A DNA stretch of 64,000 nucleotides from Haplodiscus bocki (lineage: Eukaryota). Under the pieces are notes generated by a model that was not told the origin of the DNA, made no database searches, and worked only from the letters and a program-made list of their open reading frames with translations. The position numbers were made by a program, and so were the translations under genes. The stretch is from contig OZ296657.1 of the NCBI GenBank assembly GCA_965655095.1, positions 66,030,001 through 66,094,000 on the forward strand, in the 5' to 3' direction. Below, piece after piece: positions 1-13,727 of this stretch (its first letter is position 1; the number at the start of each line of letters is the position of its first letter).

Positions 1-950
1 CCGCAAATGGAAATCTTACAGATCCTCAACGGATTTTGAGAAAAATTTTGATGGTGCTGAGCATGTGATCAGCTGTCGGTTTTGTCAAGAGATTTGTTTT
101 ATGTTTCCGAAACTAGGATGGGAAGAAATAAAACCAAGATGGAGGTGGTGTCCAATAAGGGTCGGAGCTCTCATGTTTCTTCACTGCAGGGGATTCGTCC
201 CTGCCATTCAGTCCAGAAATGTCCTTGTAGAATTGTTTGGTTTTCTCAGCTCGAAAAACAATATCAGGTTGGTCATATGGGTTATAATTGGTTTCAAATA
301 CGTAGAAAATTATCAACTGTTCAATTAGATGATCTTCACTTTTCAAGGGTTCCTGCACTAGGATGTTTTCAATAGTAGAATTCTGGGATGCTCTACGACC
401 AGCGGTATCCAGGAAAATGTAGCTTTTGTTATTCCTGCCTTTTTTTCATGAAATGGTCAGCGCCAATTTTTTTTCCACTTCCAGGTTTGTTTGGTTTGAT
501 TCTCCATAATCCGAACTGGAGTTACTCCTATGAAAGCTCGAAATGTTTTTCAAAATGAACGCGCGACTTTTACCTAACAGATAGGTTCTTAAAGGGCGTC
601 TGACAATCCGGGAACGAGATTCTTTAAAGAAGAGCCTATGAAACAAATCTGGTGGGCCACAGTTGAGTATAATATACCTGTTGAGTGATAATTGGGAAAC
701 TCCGACACAATTCCATCGATTCTTGTCATCTCAGATAGCGAAGTAAAAAAGCTAAAAGCTTGGAATATGATGTATTCAATGTCTAGAAAAAGAGCCTTTC
801 TTAAATTTGCAGCAAATGTCGCTGACGTACCTTCTAAGTCAAGTCAAAATGTGGGCGAAACCAATGAGTGTCCAGCCTTCAGATTGAAGTCTTGGGCAAT
901 AATGAGATTTTTAGTGGACTTGTCAAGTTTTGACATTTCTCTCAGTGCAC
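1..950 (-). mobile_element. Decayed Ty3/Gypsy (Mag-like) protease-RT relic, truncated by window edge
   Basis: Minus-strand pieces across frames: RTYLLGKSRAFILK (protease C-terminus), VQEPLKSEDHLIEQL (cf. LQEPLKKELDRME), ELRKPNNSTRTFLD (cf. VxKPNGSLRICLD), SKFFSK (cf. AKFFSKLD). Many stops and frameshifts. Confidence 0.55.
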
Positions 951-1629
951 GAAACTTGTAGTATGGCATCCGCTGCGATGAAGTGAGGGTTAGGCATATT
1001 TTTTTAAACACCAAAATTGCTAGCTATCTCTTTTGCTATGTCTTTTTGAGACGTTTTAAATCAATTGGAGATAAGTATGACTGCTATGCATTTCCCAGTA
1101 GCGGCTTTCAAAAAATGTTCTTCCTAACGACTCCACCTAAATGAATCTCTTGTTTTATATCTGATCGGATTTCGATAGAGGAAGCAGGAATGGAAAATTG
1201 AAATTTATGGGTTGGCTCAAAGGAAGTAGCCGGATGCTCTCCCAACCGAACACTGCCGTTTGGGAATAGCATGCATTGGTGTGGGTTGGCAGGTCAGTGG
1301 TGAGGCGATGACAGTTTTATTAAGATCATCACTATCGTGCACTGTTTCTAAATTGTTGTTTATGAGTAAAACTGCCTTCACGCTTAAAGTTTTTGATGAA
1401 CATGTACTTTAGAGTCCCTGTCAGTTTTTTGTAAAAAAAACAGGACTGACAATTGCATTTTCTTTCTCAGGAACACTTGTGCGGAATTGATGAAGAAGAC
1501 AAGTTGATTGCTATCGCTCACTCACTAAGGTCAGCTGATGAAAATTTTTTCATCGATGGAGACTTCACGACTGGCAACATGCAAAAAGTAGTTGTGAAGA
1601 ATTCGAAGCCAGTTCCAAATATACTGCTT

Positions 1630-1690
1630 CCAAATATACAATTCCAAATTTTTCGGCCGAACCTCTTGTGAAAACTGCAGTAATCAGCTG
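1630..1690 (-). mobile_element. Gag-type zinc-knuckle remnant (CxxHxxFGxxxxxC)
   Basis: Reads KTADYCSFHKRFGRKIWNCIFG, resembling the C-x2-H-x2-FG-x2-A-x2-C knuckle at the end of some Gypsy Gag proteins. Confidence 0.4.
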
Positions 1691-2049
1691 TTTTTTTTAA
1701 GGCGAGATCAACGTCATCGGGACTGGAAAAGACAGCAACAGTTGCGACTGCAAGTGTTAGTTGCGTCTAAGAGTGACACTGGTGATTGGACATGTTTGCG
1801 GTGGTTATTAGCCGGATTGAGGCAAAACCAGCAAAATGGTTTGCAAGTACTGGCGCTTGCCTTCGAGAGGCAGAATCTTGATTAAAAATCCATGTCTTGG
1901 CCTGGCCAGTCTTCCTGTTTGGATCGATTAACGTTTTTTTAAACAAATTGTGTCATTGGCAATATTTTCTATCTTCATTTTGTGAAAACCCGTTCAGGAA
2001 CAAGGTGGAGCAACAATCATTTCAAGTTGTTGATGTAAATGGGGATTTG

Positions 2050-5000
2050 GAAGCATTAATTTCGGAGCCTGAAAGTTGTTTCGATTATTGGTGTTCGAGG
2101 GCTCATCAGATGAACAATTTTTTGGTTGCACTTGTGGAATTTTTCTGTGACCATATTGTTTAGTTGTGAGGGGTTTATTAGGTCACAAATGTTACTTCCC
2201 TCGAAGGAGAGAACTTTAATATATCGATTACAGCGGTTCTTTTTGGGTACAGTCTGCTTCTTTATCGAATGTCGATATTCATTTAAACGGCAATACTTCT
2301 CAATAGTCGTGGTTTTGCTGCTCGGGAAAAGGTCCCCAAATTACAAAATTATAGATGTTTGCTCATTGTAAAAAGACCGAGTCTTTTCGTAAAATTATCT
2401 CATTGGACTCAGCAAAGATTGAGCTTACCACTCGGTATTCTGTTGCAAGTCTCAATCGGATGGAGCCAAACGAACAAATGGCAAATGCACCGGAGCTCTG
2501 GTCAATAGCCTCAAGTTGTTGAGAAGTTCCTCTAGATCGAAAATGCTAGCACCAGTTAACCTGGCAAGGGGGCTCGGAGGAAAAACAATGTTGATAGCAA
2601 AACCCTCTGAAGGGTCTGAATTTTTCCGCACAACTCATGTTACTTTTGTACGGACAATTGAACGAGTCCTTTGAGAAGAATATCAAAGAGAACTAGATTC
2701 TACTCGTGAAGATCTTAATGCAAAATTCCTAGTTGTATCTTGGGCAACTTCAATCAGATCCTTGACGTTTCCATCAACTAAACTGCTAAGAGTATAGGTT
2801 TCATATGGAAAATGTTCTCTCCATTTTATTTCTATAGAATTAGGCTGGTCCTTAGCAACATTGTTTGGTCCGAAAGTGTACTACGGGCCAAGTTTGTTGA
2901 TGGCAGAAAGATTCTTCTGAGCAATATCATACTTCTATGATAAGACGGGAGGTGGGAGAAGGGCATTTTGAAAAAACCGTACATACCAATTGTTACCAAA
3001 TGTATTGAGAACGGAAGGAAAGATTCCAGAGCACAGTTTCACCAAATTGAACAATTCAATTAATTTGACCTTTCTTGTGGCTTATCGTACGACTGTGCCC
3101 GGAAAATCGTTGAACTCACGGATGAGATTCGTAAGTTTTGCCGGATTAACTGGTTACTTTTTGTACTACGGTGATAGGCTTGTTTCAGGTATTAGCTTTG
3201 AATATGTAGCTTTCTTCTAATGAAAAAAAAATTTTCAATGTCATCAATATGGTGAAACAGTCCCTGGTTCATTGATACAATGCACATGACTTGATCTTTG
3301 GCAACAAAAGCAATTCTTGGAAGATTGCAGGTGCTGCTTTACGTTTTTAGTGTGTCTATTTTGCGGACACTGAAGAAAGTATTTTGCGTTGCTCGTGAGC
3401 AATCCCAAAACTGAATGTCGTCCAGAAACACTCAAGGTGTATCCTTCAAAAGTAAGCAAACTCGGTAGAATCTTCAGCAGCCATGCTGGCTTTTGAGGAC
3501 AATTATGCGGTTCGTGTTGATATTGTCGATCAAAAGGCATGATCAAAAGAACAGTGATTGCAAAATGAAGGCCAAAAGTCAAAGGAGCTTTTCAAACAGT
3601 AGCAACGACTAACTGCATGAGGTACGGCAAATGACAGATTTTAGGTGCTGTTGCTGATACTAGGCGGGATCTTGCAAGGTTAGGGAGTTCATGAACACAA
3701 ACAGTGGCTTCTCCTAAAAACAAGGCTCGTTTCTGAATCATTTCGATTCGGCAGTCAGCTGGTAAAAGAGACCAGCAAAGACTTTCTTTTCTGAGATTGT
3801 CGATTAGGCTCATCATCGCGAGTATATCTGAATAAGAACCGGTGATGGAACGACTCTTGGTATCGCCGTTCTAGGTGTCCACAAAGTCGGTCATCTGAAC
3901 AAAAAGAATGTGATGCAAACTCAGGCTTTTGACTTCTCATCAGAAACGGCGGAATTAAGCAGTTTTATGATTTATTGTCGGTCAAGACTTTGACTCGAGT
4001 TCGTGTTTGGTATTTCGGATTCAAAATTCCAAAGCATTGAGCAATTCATTTATGCCGAGGTTCATTAGAATGACTTTTAGTTCTTCGACTAGTGCTAACA
4101 ATTCGCTACTTTTCAAAAAAAAGAACTTGTTGAACACCAATTCATTCAATATACCGACCAGTCCTTTGCATGTGACGGTGTGGTTTTACGTCGCGTCGTT
4201 GTGGGGAGAACGTCACCGTGGGACGTTGAGTATGACATTAGCAGGTAACATCATTGTAGTTGTGATTACAAAGTGTTTATCTTGACAAGCTGCAAAAATT
4301 ACTGATGTTGAGGTAACCTTTTCAAGTTACTAAATATCGGAGCTTCGGTTATCCAATTCACGGGGTAAAGGTGGTTGACGTCAGGTGATATTTGAATATC
4401 CCCCACAGAAAAAAGTCGCTTTCAACTGACTTTAAGATCCTAATCACAAATGTGGGATCTCGAGTGCACGTGAGGGACTTTGCTCGCCCACTTCCAATTG
4501 TAGTAGCTAAACCGGGGCAAATAACAAATCAAAATCGTTATAATTACGTTTTCTTTGGGAATAGTTGCCTGTGGGGCACCTTACTAGTTAATATGCGGTG
4601 GCCCGACCACAACTGATGGCACTGTTGTTACAGTATAAAATGAATCAGAGGATGTCATGGCAAAATGGGAGTGAGAGCAATGAAATCTCATGTTCGGTCT
4701 GTTTCAATATAATCGGGTCTAATCATTCCATTTTCCATATGTGGTAGGCAAGGACCACCACTCAAGTCCATACGGACGGACACAACTTGACGCATATACA
4801 ACGATTTAACTCATTTTATCCTTATTGCAGAGGTATTTGACTTTTGTTAAGGTATCCTGTGCAGGTTGTGTTGATTTTCAATCCCCAAGTATCAACTTGA
4901 AACAACTTCGTTTAATCGACGATGTTCATGATTTTCACGGTAAGTTGTGCTGTGCTGTTCAGCCAATTTCATTCGAACAAATGAAAAAGAAGAAGCTATC

Positions 5001-5600
5001 GAATTTTCGATGGACTATCGTTGTTGATGGAATCTACTCTTAAAACTACGACAAAAATAGGATTCTTATTGAAACGAGTGCATGTCCGATCATCCAGTAC
5101 AACAGTTGACATTTCTGATTGCATTCGTTCAGCTGTAAGCAAACCATGTTTTTCCGTCGAACGTCACAAGTCTCTTCAAAGATTTACGTTTTTTTTCTGT
5201 TGGAACAGCTAACTGACAATTTTCGGCGTTAGACACAACAGCCAATTGTTCTGCAAAAAAGAGCAACAACTTTGATAGTTGCAGCCGAATTCCTTCACAA
5301 AAAGGGGTAGTTGGATGACCGTTGCCGTTGGACCAGTCAACTTCGGTATGTTCTGGATTGCAAATTTCATCTAATTTGTTGAAAAATGCATCCGTTGAGT
5401 CATTTTCTGTGAATTCAACACTTTCAATTATACCTTCCAGTTGTTGTTGCAAACAAACACCACTAATCAATCATGTTGCTTGCTGCAACTTATCAACAGC
5501 AGTCTATGACTTCATGGTTTTCTGGTTGTCTTCATGCTACTTTGGTGTTGACTCAATGTTAGCGTAATTAGGAGGTCATCAGTTTTGTTTTTTGACGAAC
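2050..5600 (-). mobile_element. Decayed Ty3/Gypsy (Mag-like) element: gag-PR-RT-RNaseH-IN
   Basis: Gypsy domain order on the minus strand: gag-like ORF 5129-5470 (FFNKLDEICNP); protease KLFQVDT(W)G ~4882-4908; RT thumb LLTFEGYTLSVSG ~3420-3465; integrase core PPSP..TGASIFDLE / EAIDQSSGAFAI / SSIFAESNEIILRKD ~2380-2585. Confidence 0.6.
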
Positions 5601-6199
5601 CAGAATGGACAACCGTTTCATTTCAATCTTGAAGTGGAACATTCCCTAAAGAAAAACAACTACTCGCCATTGCTTCAAGGAAATCACTCAACAAATTTAA
5701 ACTACTTTTCAGTTTTGTGATAAGCAAAATGCAAACCGAATGCAGAGCCGAAACTGTATCCAGGTTCTCATAGTTCCCTTTTCGAAATTCAAATCAGAGA
5801 TTGAAAATGATAGAACACGGAGAGTTCCCTCGGAGGCAAATCCATGAAGTCCCAGAATTTAAAACAGTTTCCGCAACTTCCCAGGAAGTTTTTCATTGGG
5901 TTAACAGGACTCTCTTCAGGTCTATTTTAGCGGGAAAATGTTTTCGCTAAACAACTCTTGCGTTCAAAAACTGCAGACTTGAAAACCAATGAGTTCTGGG
6001 TAACAACAAAAAAAATGTCAATTAAAAATTGTCAATCACAATCATAGATAAAAATGCGTCGTAAATGGAATTGAGTTTTTCAAATCATAATTTTACCGAT
6101 ACGTTTGCGCCAGTTTTTTCTCCCCAACCGAGCATACTCACGAGTAACCTTCAGAAACTCATCTGAACGAACTCTTCTAGTTTGTAATAATTAGTACAA

Positions 6200-7100
6200 A
6201 GCTTCTATTAAAGTGAAATTTTCTCAAAACAAGGGAACTACTGCGCAATGAATTTTAATTTTATATAAACCATTGTTCGAAGTTTGCGCTCAAACAACGT
6301 TGAAAGTTCCGAAGAAGCTAGAAAGTCATCTAAAACATTGACATTCAAGACTCCTTCTGTTTTGTGTTTTGAAAAATACCAAGTTGTTCGTTCGATAGCA
6401 GTTTTGGTTCTTGTTGCGGTCTGCCCATCTTTTACAACATCACTCACCTGTATAAAGCATCAATTCCAGATTTTTATTTTTTTGGCGTTTCTATCATCAG
6501 GAGTTATTTGCTCGGTTAATCGTTAAAAATGGATATTCTCGTTTTTCTGGAAGTTCGGACGCCTTGAGCGAACTGCGCCAGCCAAATTGTCTTTTACTGG
6601 CAATTTGTTTTAAAAACGACGGTCTTTTCAAACGGATGGAAGATTCTCTTGTGCTAACGTGATACTCCATCCAAGTACCATTCTTTCAAAACCTAAAGAT
6701 AGAGTACTTCGGTCTGGTTGTCTCACCCTCGTTTCTTTCAGAAACAAACAGCACACTGTTTAACTTAGAAGCAATTCTTATTCCGACTGTACAAGCATGC
6801 TTCTCAATGTGATTTTCAATCGTTTTCTCTAGCTGCAGTTTGCTAAATGCACTTCTATGATGAAACCCTCAGTTGACAAAAACGGCAGTTTCCCACAGAC
6901 TCCCTGGTTAGCGAAGAGACTCAGAATATTAGTGATGTGGTAGAGACTTCGATGGTTTTCAGATCGACAACACCTTCTTTTCAGCAGTTCAGTATGAAAA
7001 CCTGGAAACTGAACTCTAAAATGGTCGACCGGATACGGAATTGTATCGTATCGGGAAAGGGAAGGTTTTCATTTGGTTGCCTGTACGTAATCACCCGGTC
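6200..7100 (-). mobile_element. Possible hAT transposase N-terminal relic (ZMYM1/ZNF862-like)
   Basis: ORF 6238-6447 TRTKTAIERTTWYFSKHKTEGVLNVNVLDDFLA..MVYIK loosely matches the hAT segment NRxxLxxxxRxxYFLxKH..NATY.S. Weak and motif-level only. Confidence 0.3.
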
Positions 7101-7442
7101 GTTTTTTTATATGACCAAGCTAATCACGTCAATTGTAGGAATGATCCAATCGTAACTATGGTGCTACCGGAGTCTTAGACACTCAAAATGAACATTTTGG
7201 TTTCGTGCTAAAATACCCCACAGTCCAATTTGATGTATTGACCTTGAAAATATCAATGTCCACGCCATCGACTTGTTCTTTTTTCTTATTGTTTCAGATA
7301 CTTTTTTGGTGAAACTAAAACAGGAGATCTTTCTTCTGAGCAAAACAAATTTGTTTACTAGCCTCAAGTTGTATTTTCTCAAGTCGTTCAGCCTGTTTGG
7401 TGTTAATGTTTAATATTTCATATTTTTGTCTTTATTGGACAA

Positions 7443-8917
7443 ATGTCTACACTGAATAGTTGTTATTGGTTAGAAGCTGATGGTTTCCTTGACACTACTG
7501 GAAAAAACACTGGAAAAATTAATGAAGGAATAATGCCAACTGTATTTCATTATACCAATTCCCCACTGGGAACTACTATTGCAACTTTATCAAAAATGAA
7601 AAATTTCCCAAAAACAACTTTCTGTAAAAAACCAACAAAAATGCATGCAACTCAGCAATTTGGTTTGTTTGTCACTTATCGTGCAGGTTTTACTATGAAC
7701 ACTGAAACCAAAATCCAATTGAAGTTGATGAACACTCATTATTAAGTCAAAAAACAATGTCTTCGCCATCAGTTTTCGACTCTGAAAAAAATGCATATTA
7801 CTTTGGTCTACTGAATGGTTCAAGTAGTTTCCGTACTGTAGACTATGATGCTCATATTAATACAAAGATGGAATTATTCTGTCAATCATGTGTTACGTCT
7901 CCGAGTCTTCAAAAAAAATACACTACATCAAAACTGTGGAATAGAACGAACACAATTGCTAACTATATTAGAAATGTCTAATCAAAGTCCTCAACTGAAA
8001 GGTTACCTTTTGACGGTAAACCGTAGTAAATTTCTCCACGTAGAAGGCTCTACTGCTCGGTTAGATGACTGTCCTCAATTTCTTTTACCTCTGTATGAAG
8101 CTCGAAACTGGTTTTGATCCGATACCAATATACTTTAAAGATACTGTAATGTACATTGATCCAATACCAAGGCAAACTTTTGATTTTGCTGTCCCTAGAT
8201 CTTGTGATAAAAATCTACAGAATGTCATAGCATTAGATCTTGAAAATGAGGAACACTATGTACTGACACCTAAGCCTGTATTACGAGCAATCCCAATGCT
8301 CTTTGAACCAAAACAATTTGAACTTGCTGTAAGTCCAAACACTTTTGCAGCACAATAGGCTGAATTTTATTCCAATGCTGAATTAACAAATGTCTGGAAT
8401 CGTGTTTTATTCACAAAAAAACACTGATACTACACTGAAGCTTTTGGCAAAAGAGTTTTCGCATGACTATTTAGCTACCTCTTAACAATGTCCACTTAAT
8501 TTCTATTCACATCCTAACAGAAACATCTCTAATCACTACAATGTCCTAAGGGTCGGTCTACATGATCACTTTTTTATTATTGCTCTTCTTTTGCCTGCTG
8601 ATTGGTTTGCTGATGCATTCACTGCACTATTCCGCTTTCCATGTTCTTTTCTCACACAATGTGGAAAATATTTTTTCACTTTTCTCTTTGTACAAAATGC
8701 TTTTACAATTCTTTTGAAATTTTATAAACCTTTGTTAAATAAGTATAGACTTCATGAAAAAACAACCATATTGAGTTCTCCAGCTCATGGATTTTTTATT
8801 TATATCACATCAAAATTGGCCACCGATTTAGATGACGCTGAACTTGACAATCATCAGAGCAAAACATTCAGCGTCTTGATGACCCTCCTGAAGTTTCCTA
8901 AAAAAGTAGTGGCTTGA
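7443..8917 (+). pseudogene. Chuvirus-glycoprotein-like (class III fusogen) env pseudogene
   Basis: Consecutive frameshifted ORFs join into ...VDYDAHINTKM...ERTQLLTILEMSNQSPQLKGYLLTVNRSKFLHVEGSTARLDDCPQFLLPLYEARNW / DPIPIYFKDTVMYIDPIPRQTFDFAVPRSCDKN...HYVLTPKP...AQ*AEFYSNAEL, then a hydrophobic C-terminal segment (8591-8917). Spacing parallels chuviral G: GE-x6-C...CY-x2-LPV...F-x2-P-x-TR...C...GIYS...TM. Confidence 0.65.
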
Positions 8918-10874
8918 AAACTCAAAAAAATTCTGTAAATAAAAATCCAGATTTCATGTCTCTAATTTGTTAATTTAAACAACCGTCCAGCTCATTTTTA
9001 ATTGACAAAAATCAATAAAAAGTAACTGAACCTGAGAATATTAATACTCTTCGTTGAACTTGTTTCCACAACACAGAAAAGTCAACAGCAGATTCTTATC
9101 GGCACAATAACCATGGAACATCATTTATGACCCAATTCTATGATACCACCCCACTAACAATTAATTAAACTACTTTCCACCCATAACCATCTTCATTCTC
9201 TATCATATTATTTCATCACAAAATCATAAAATATGACCAAATCATTAACACTAAAAACTATCAAAAAATATGATTCAATCAACAACAATGCAAACTATGA
9301 TAAACTATGATCGAAATATCATCTGAAAAAAATTATTGGAACTGAATAAAAAGTTCTGCAATCCTCTTTTTCTCTGAGACTCTGCTATCTTTCGTTCTTT
9401 CTCTGTTCATCTTCGAATCAAGTTCTCGTTTTTGACTGAATCAAGTTGGTCTTTTGACACTGAAATAAAAACTTCCAATTTAACTTCTCTTTCAAATATC
9501 CTTGCTGGGAGAACCTCTGCTAATGGTTTGAGATCTGAAAAGTTTTTCCCCCACACTGCACAATTTCATTCTCACTGCAATATTTCGACATTGAAGTTTG
9601 CTCTCACTGACAAATTAAAACACCAACAAAGATACCCCCATTTCTACTCGTAAGTAAAACATTGAAAAGTTTTCATTTTGGGTACCATTGTAAATGCTTT
9701 GGAAGTTTCTTTTCCATCCACTGATTTTGAACTCCATGCTGCGATGATCAATGTATATAATGATTAAAACGATCTTCTTTCGCCACAACGCTCGCTCTCT
9801 GATTTTTCACAAAATACTGCTCCTCTTAATGAAGTTACAAACTGTTCACATGGTTCTAACGCCTCTCTGAATGATGAAATTGAAATTTAATGAGCCTCCA
9901 ATAGTGTGCCATCAACTGTTATATTGATTCGAAAACTCCGGAAAAAAAAACAAAATTTTTGCAACTGACTCTTCAAAAACCCCAAAAAGGAGAAAGCATT
10001 TTAACAATTCCTGCATTTGAACAAAAAATGTAATGTGTACTATTCCGGCACAATCACCGAAACCTGCTTTAGGTAAAGATGATTCCTTAATATCTCAGTT
10101 AGAAACTGAAAAAAGTCAATTCAAAACAACAGTTTCAACACCGTGTAATTTTCAATTTTATCCAAATCGCTATATTGACCTTTACATCTCGTGTGCGTCT
10201 AAACAATTATCTCCTTATGAGTGCTGGACTGCAAATTTTCAAAAAAAATCACGCTGCGAATGAGTTTTTTCCGACCTTCTGTTTTTGATTTGAATACTGA
10301 TGATTCCAATCCGAGTTTCCAATCTCTGAGCAAAAAGACGTGTCAATCATGAGGCACACAAACGTTTTTGGGATAATCTTCCTCCCAACTTCCTAAAAAA
10401 CTTCATTTCTTAACACAAAAAGTTCAGCTCTCCATTTTCACATCAATCATTCTACAAATTGAAAACTGCATATACAATTGGTTCGTTACGAACTTATGAT
10501 TTTTTGAAACAATACTGTCCTTTTACCCCAAGTATTTTCCTGATGGACCCTTGATCATTCCACAGAACTCTGCACATACTGATTTCGAATTCATTCCAAC
10601 CATAGTTGTTCCGCCGTATCCACATTTTTCAAAAATCTTTGACCACCCACTGAATTCTAAAGCTCTGATAAAAGACAAAACTCCTGCTTCGCAACACTAT
10701 TTATTTTGTCAATTCCTTTTTCTGACTGCTCAATGGCCTGCTTTTTTTCGAAAAAGCAATGTCAGCAATGTCAAAATCAAACTGCAAAATCTTCCAAGTT
10801 TAGAAGACGATTTCAAATCGCTGCACTTCCTGTTCTCTTCAACAGGGCTCTACAAGCTCTGAAAGAAATCCCAG

Positions 10875-11528
10875 ATGATTGAGAGAAACAACTTTCAACA
10901 CAACCTACTTCCATTGCTTCAATGTTCAATTAATCAAACTCTTTTGGTTCAATCAAAAAATGAAACCGACTCTGATTCTATCATCAACATCCTATCAGTT
11001 CATCCTCTTAAGCAAGTTCATTTGTTGCACGCATTTCAAGGACACAATAATAGTGATGCTGAAAAGTTCAAGAATGATTTCATCAAAAACTTCACTCAAA
11101 CCGAATTTGAAAAATCCCTTGAAACTAAAATTTCCGCAAATCACATCCTCTTAGCCCCTCATGGATTTTTCAGCACACCTGAAAACTTAACACATAAACC
11201 AGCCAGTCAATGTTCCTCATCGAAATTTGATGTTGATGATGAACTCTCTGCAAAAACTGAAACGATGCACGTCAATTTTACATCTCCTGACTATCTTTCT
11301 TGTTACTCTGCAACTAATCCGCGAGAAAATCCCTCTGAAAAGATGCCTAAAAGAACTCATGCTTCAATTTCAACCTACATTTTTCCGCAGAAAGTTTGGC
11401 ATTCACCAGAAAAAAAACTTGCGAAAAAGTCATTCACCAAATATTTCAAGAAACTCCCTCCAAAAATTAAAACGATTCCAAAAACAATTAAGTTTACATT
11501 CATTCGTCACAGAACTTTGCAATACTGA
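10875..11528 (+). CDS. 217-aa ORF of unknown function, likely an accessory gene of the env-bearing element
   Basis: One of the longest ORFs in the window, with an ATG start, downstream of and on the same strand as the env relic. No motif recognised. Confidence 0.25.
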   Translation: MIERNNFQHNLLPLLQCSINQTLLVQSKNETDSDSIINILSVHPLKQVHLLHAFQGHNNSDAEKFKNDFIKNFTQTEFEKSLETKISANHILLAPHGFFSTPENLTHKPASQCSSSKFDVDDELSAKTETMHVNFTSPDYLSCYSATNPRENPSEKMPKRTHASISTYIFPQKVWHSPEKKLAKKSFTKYFKKLPPKIKTIPKTIKFTFIRHRTLQY

Positions 11529-11680
11529 TTCTCTTGAATCTGGACTCTGTAACTTCATGAACAATAGTTCTGTCAGAATGTCAACAAAAGTTTTGATAAC
11601 TTGTTCAATATGTTTCCACTGGTCTTTTACAAAATTACGTTTTATATATGCAAAGTTTCATTCACTTCCGTAACATGATG

Positions 11681-11792
11681 CACTAGCACTGGCTCACCGG
11701 TTCATCGGTTCACTGGCACTGGCTCAATGGCTCACTGGCTTATGACGTGTCACTGGATTCCTGGATTTCTGGATTTCTGGTTTTCTGGATTT
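11681..11792. repeat. Short-period tandem repeats (CACTGG-type, then 5 x CTGGATTT)
   Basis: 11753-11792 = ctggattc ctggattt ctggattt ctggtttt ctggattt, preceded by degenerate cactggct/cactggca units. Confidence 0.85.
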
Positions 11793-13727
11793 CAGCACTT
11801 CTGGCCCCTGGTATTGCCGGTTTTGTTTTACACTCGCTGGCTCTGCGTTGTCTGGTTCTCTTTCGGTTCGGATTGATATATCATAAACTTTTAGAATGGA
11901 TATTAGTGTATTTTTTGCTGTCCTCCTGGGAAAATGCCGGTTAATCAACCCTAACATTGCCACTGCTCACTATGTATCCTCTTTGAATGAAAAAATCCGA
12001 TTGCAATCTGGCTCCAATGTCACTTCTCACTCGCTCTGGCCCAATTGTTCGTGGTGTCACTGCTCCATCATACCTCATCCAAATTATTGCTCGGTTGAAA
12101 GCAAAATCCGGCGCGCATTTCAGTGAAATCTGCCTCCAAAAAAATGCTTCATACAACCATTTTGGACTTTTTCACGGACTCTTTTCACAAAAATTTTTTT
12201 GCATAAACCCCGCGCTATAGTCTTAAAGTTTATCTGTTAAAAATTTATTCGCTATAAAAGCTCCCAAAAAGTTTCCTCCGTATTCAGAAAGTTTGTTAAC
12301 TACTCAAAGTGCTACATTTGTAATTATAAGTGTTTTGTCCCCCCTGAATTTATTCACCTCAATTTTTTTCTCGCCCGAAAAAATCTTTATGAAATCATGC
12401 CTAAATATCGTTAAAGGAATAGATACAAAATATTTATTTGTCCCAGTTACAAAAATGTACTCTAAAAATTTTTCTAAAGTATCCACTGAGATCCGAACGA
12501 AACTGTCAAAAAATCAACAAAAACTTTTACAAACTCTACGAACCAACTGTCTGAAGCTCCTCCAAGTTCGAAAAGTGAATCTATTGACCCAAATTCTCAA
12601 CTTCGCAAGATTTCAATATCAAATTGAAGTTCCTGCAAGTTTTCACATTTTGCAAGTTTCAACTAGTCAGGTTGTTCAATTTTTTCTCACCTGCTAGAAA
12701 AAAATTTGAATTTTTTTCGGCACCGAAAGCACAGTGAAAAACGAAAGCAAAGTCAACATTACAGAGTTCCAAATTGTTACTGAAGACTTCGGAGAAACCA
12801 TTCACTTCAAATGAGCGAAAAATTGAACTGCTCTTTTGGCAACACTGACACAGACTAAGGTTGGGCTATTTTTCAAATTGATAATTATTTATGCCGTGAT
12901 AGGTCATCAACCATAAAATAAACTTAACCTCCGATACTCTGAAGGAAAGTAAAACGACCAAAAAACTAAAATCAACGTTTTAAAATTGATAATTGATGTT
13001 TTATGATTTTTTCACACTCAAATTTAATGTTCAAACCGTTAAAATTAAACTGAAAAAATTAATTTTTTTTCTGAAAACTCCTGAAAAAAAAGATCCCGAC
13101 GAATTGAACCTTCTTACAACTGAAACACTTCATTGAGAATACAAGACTTTGATGCGACCTTGACAAAACCTAGAACTGGAATTCCACTGAGATTTGCCTA
13201 CAATTTTATGAACATGCACTAAAACTCAATTTTTCAACCGAAAACCCATGAGATGTAATACATACACCTTAACAGAAGAGATTCCAGAAAAATCAATAGA
13301 CAAAACGTAACTCTGTTTAAAATTCTCATTGATGCCTTTTCATGATTTTATATGATATATATCCAGAGTTGAACTTTTATCCAAGGTGAGAATAGTTGTT
13401 TTCTCAAAAAAAACTACTGAGAAATTTTGGAAAGTTTAGCCTACAGGAAGTAACATCAAGTTATAAAGTACCTTTAGGTCTAGACAAGTCTCTTTAGTAT
13501 TTTTAATTTAACCAACCACGTTAAGATCCTAAAAAGTTAACACAATTTGGTAAGATGCCAGTTAAAAGTCATCGTCGTCAAGCTTCTTTACCTTCGTTCT
13601 CAACAACCGGTTCTACTACGTCTTGTCTTACATTTTCTTTCACTTGCTTTTCTTCAATTTTCAGACGTCTCTTTACAAAAGATTCAATTATTCAATTCAA
13701 AAATTTCTTCAATTCTCGATCAGTTGT

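Noticed and set aside
13254-13545. LTR (TGTAATAC...AACACA followed by TGG)
   Set aside because: No second copy or TSD visible and no tRNA match recognised for the TGG; kept only as a hint.
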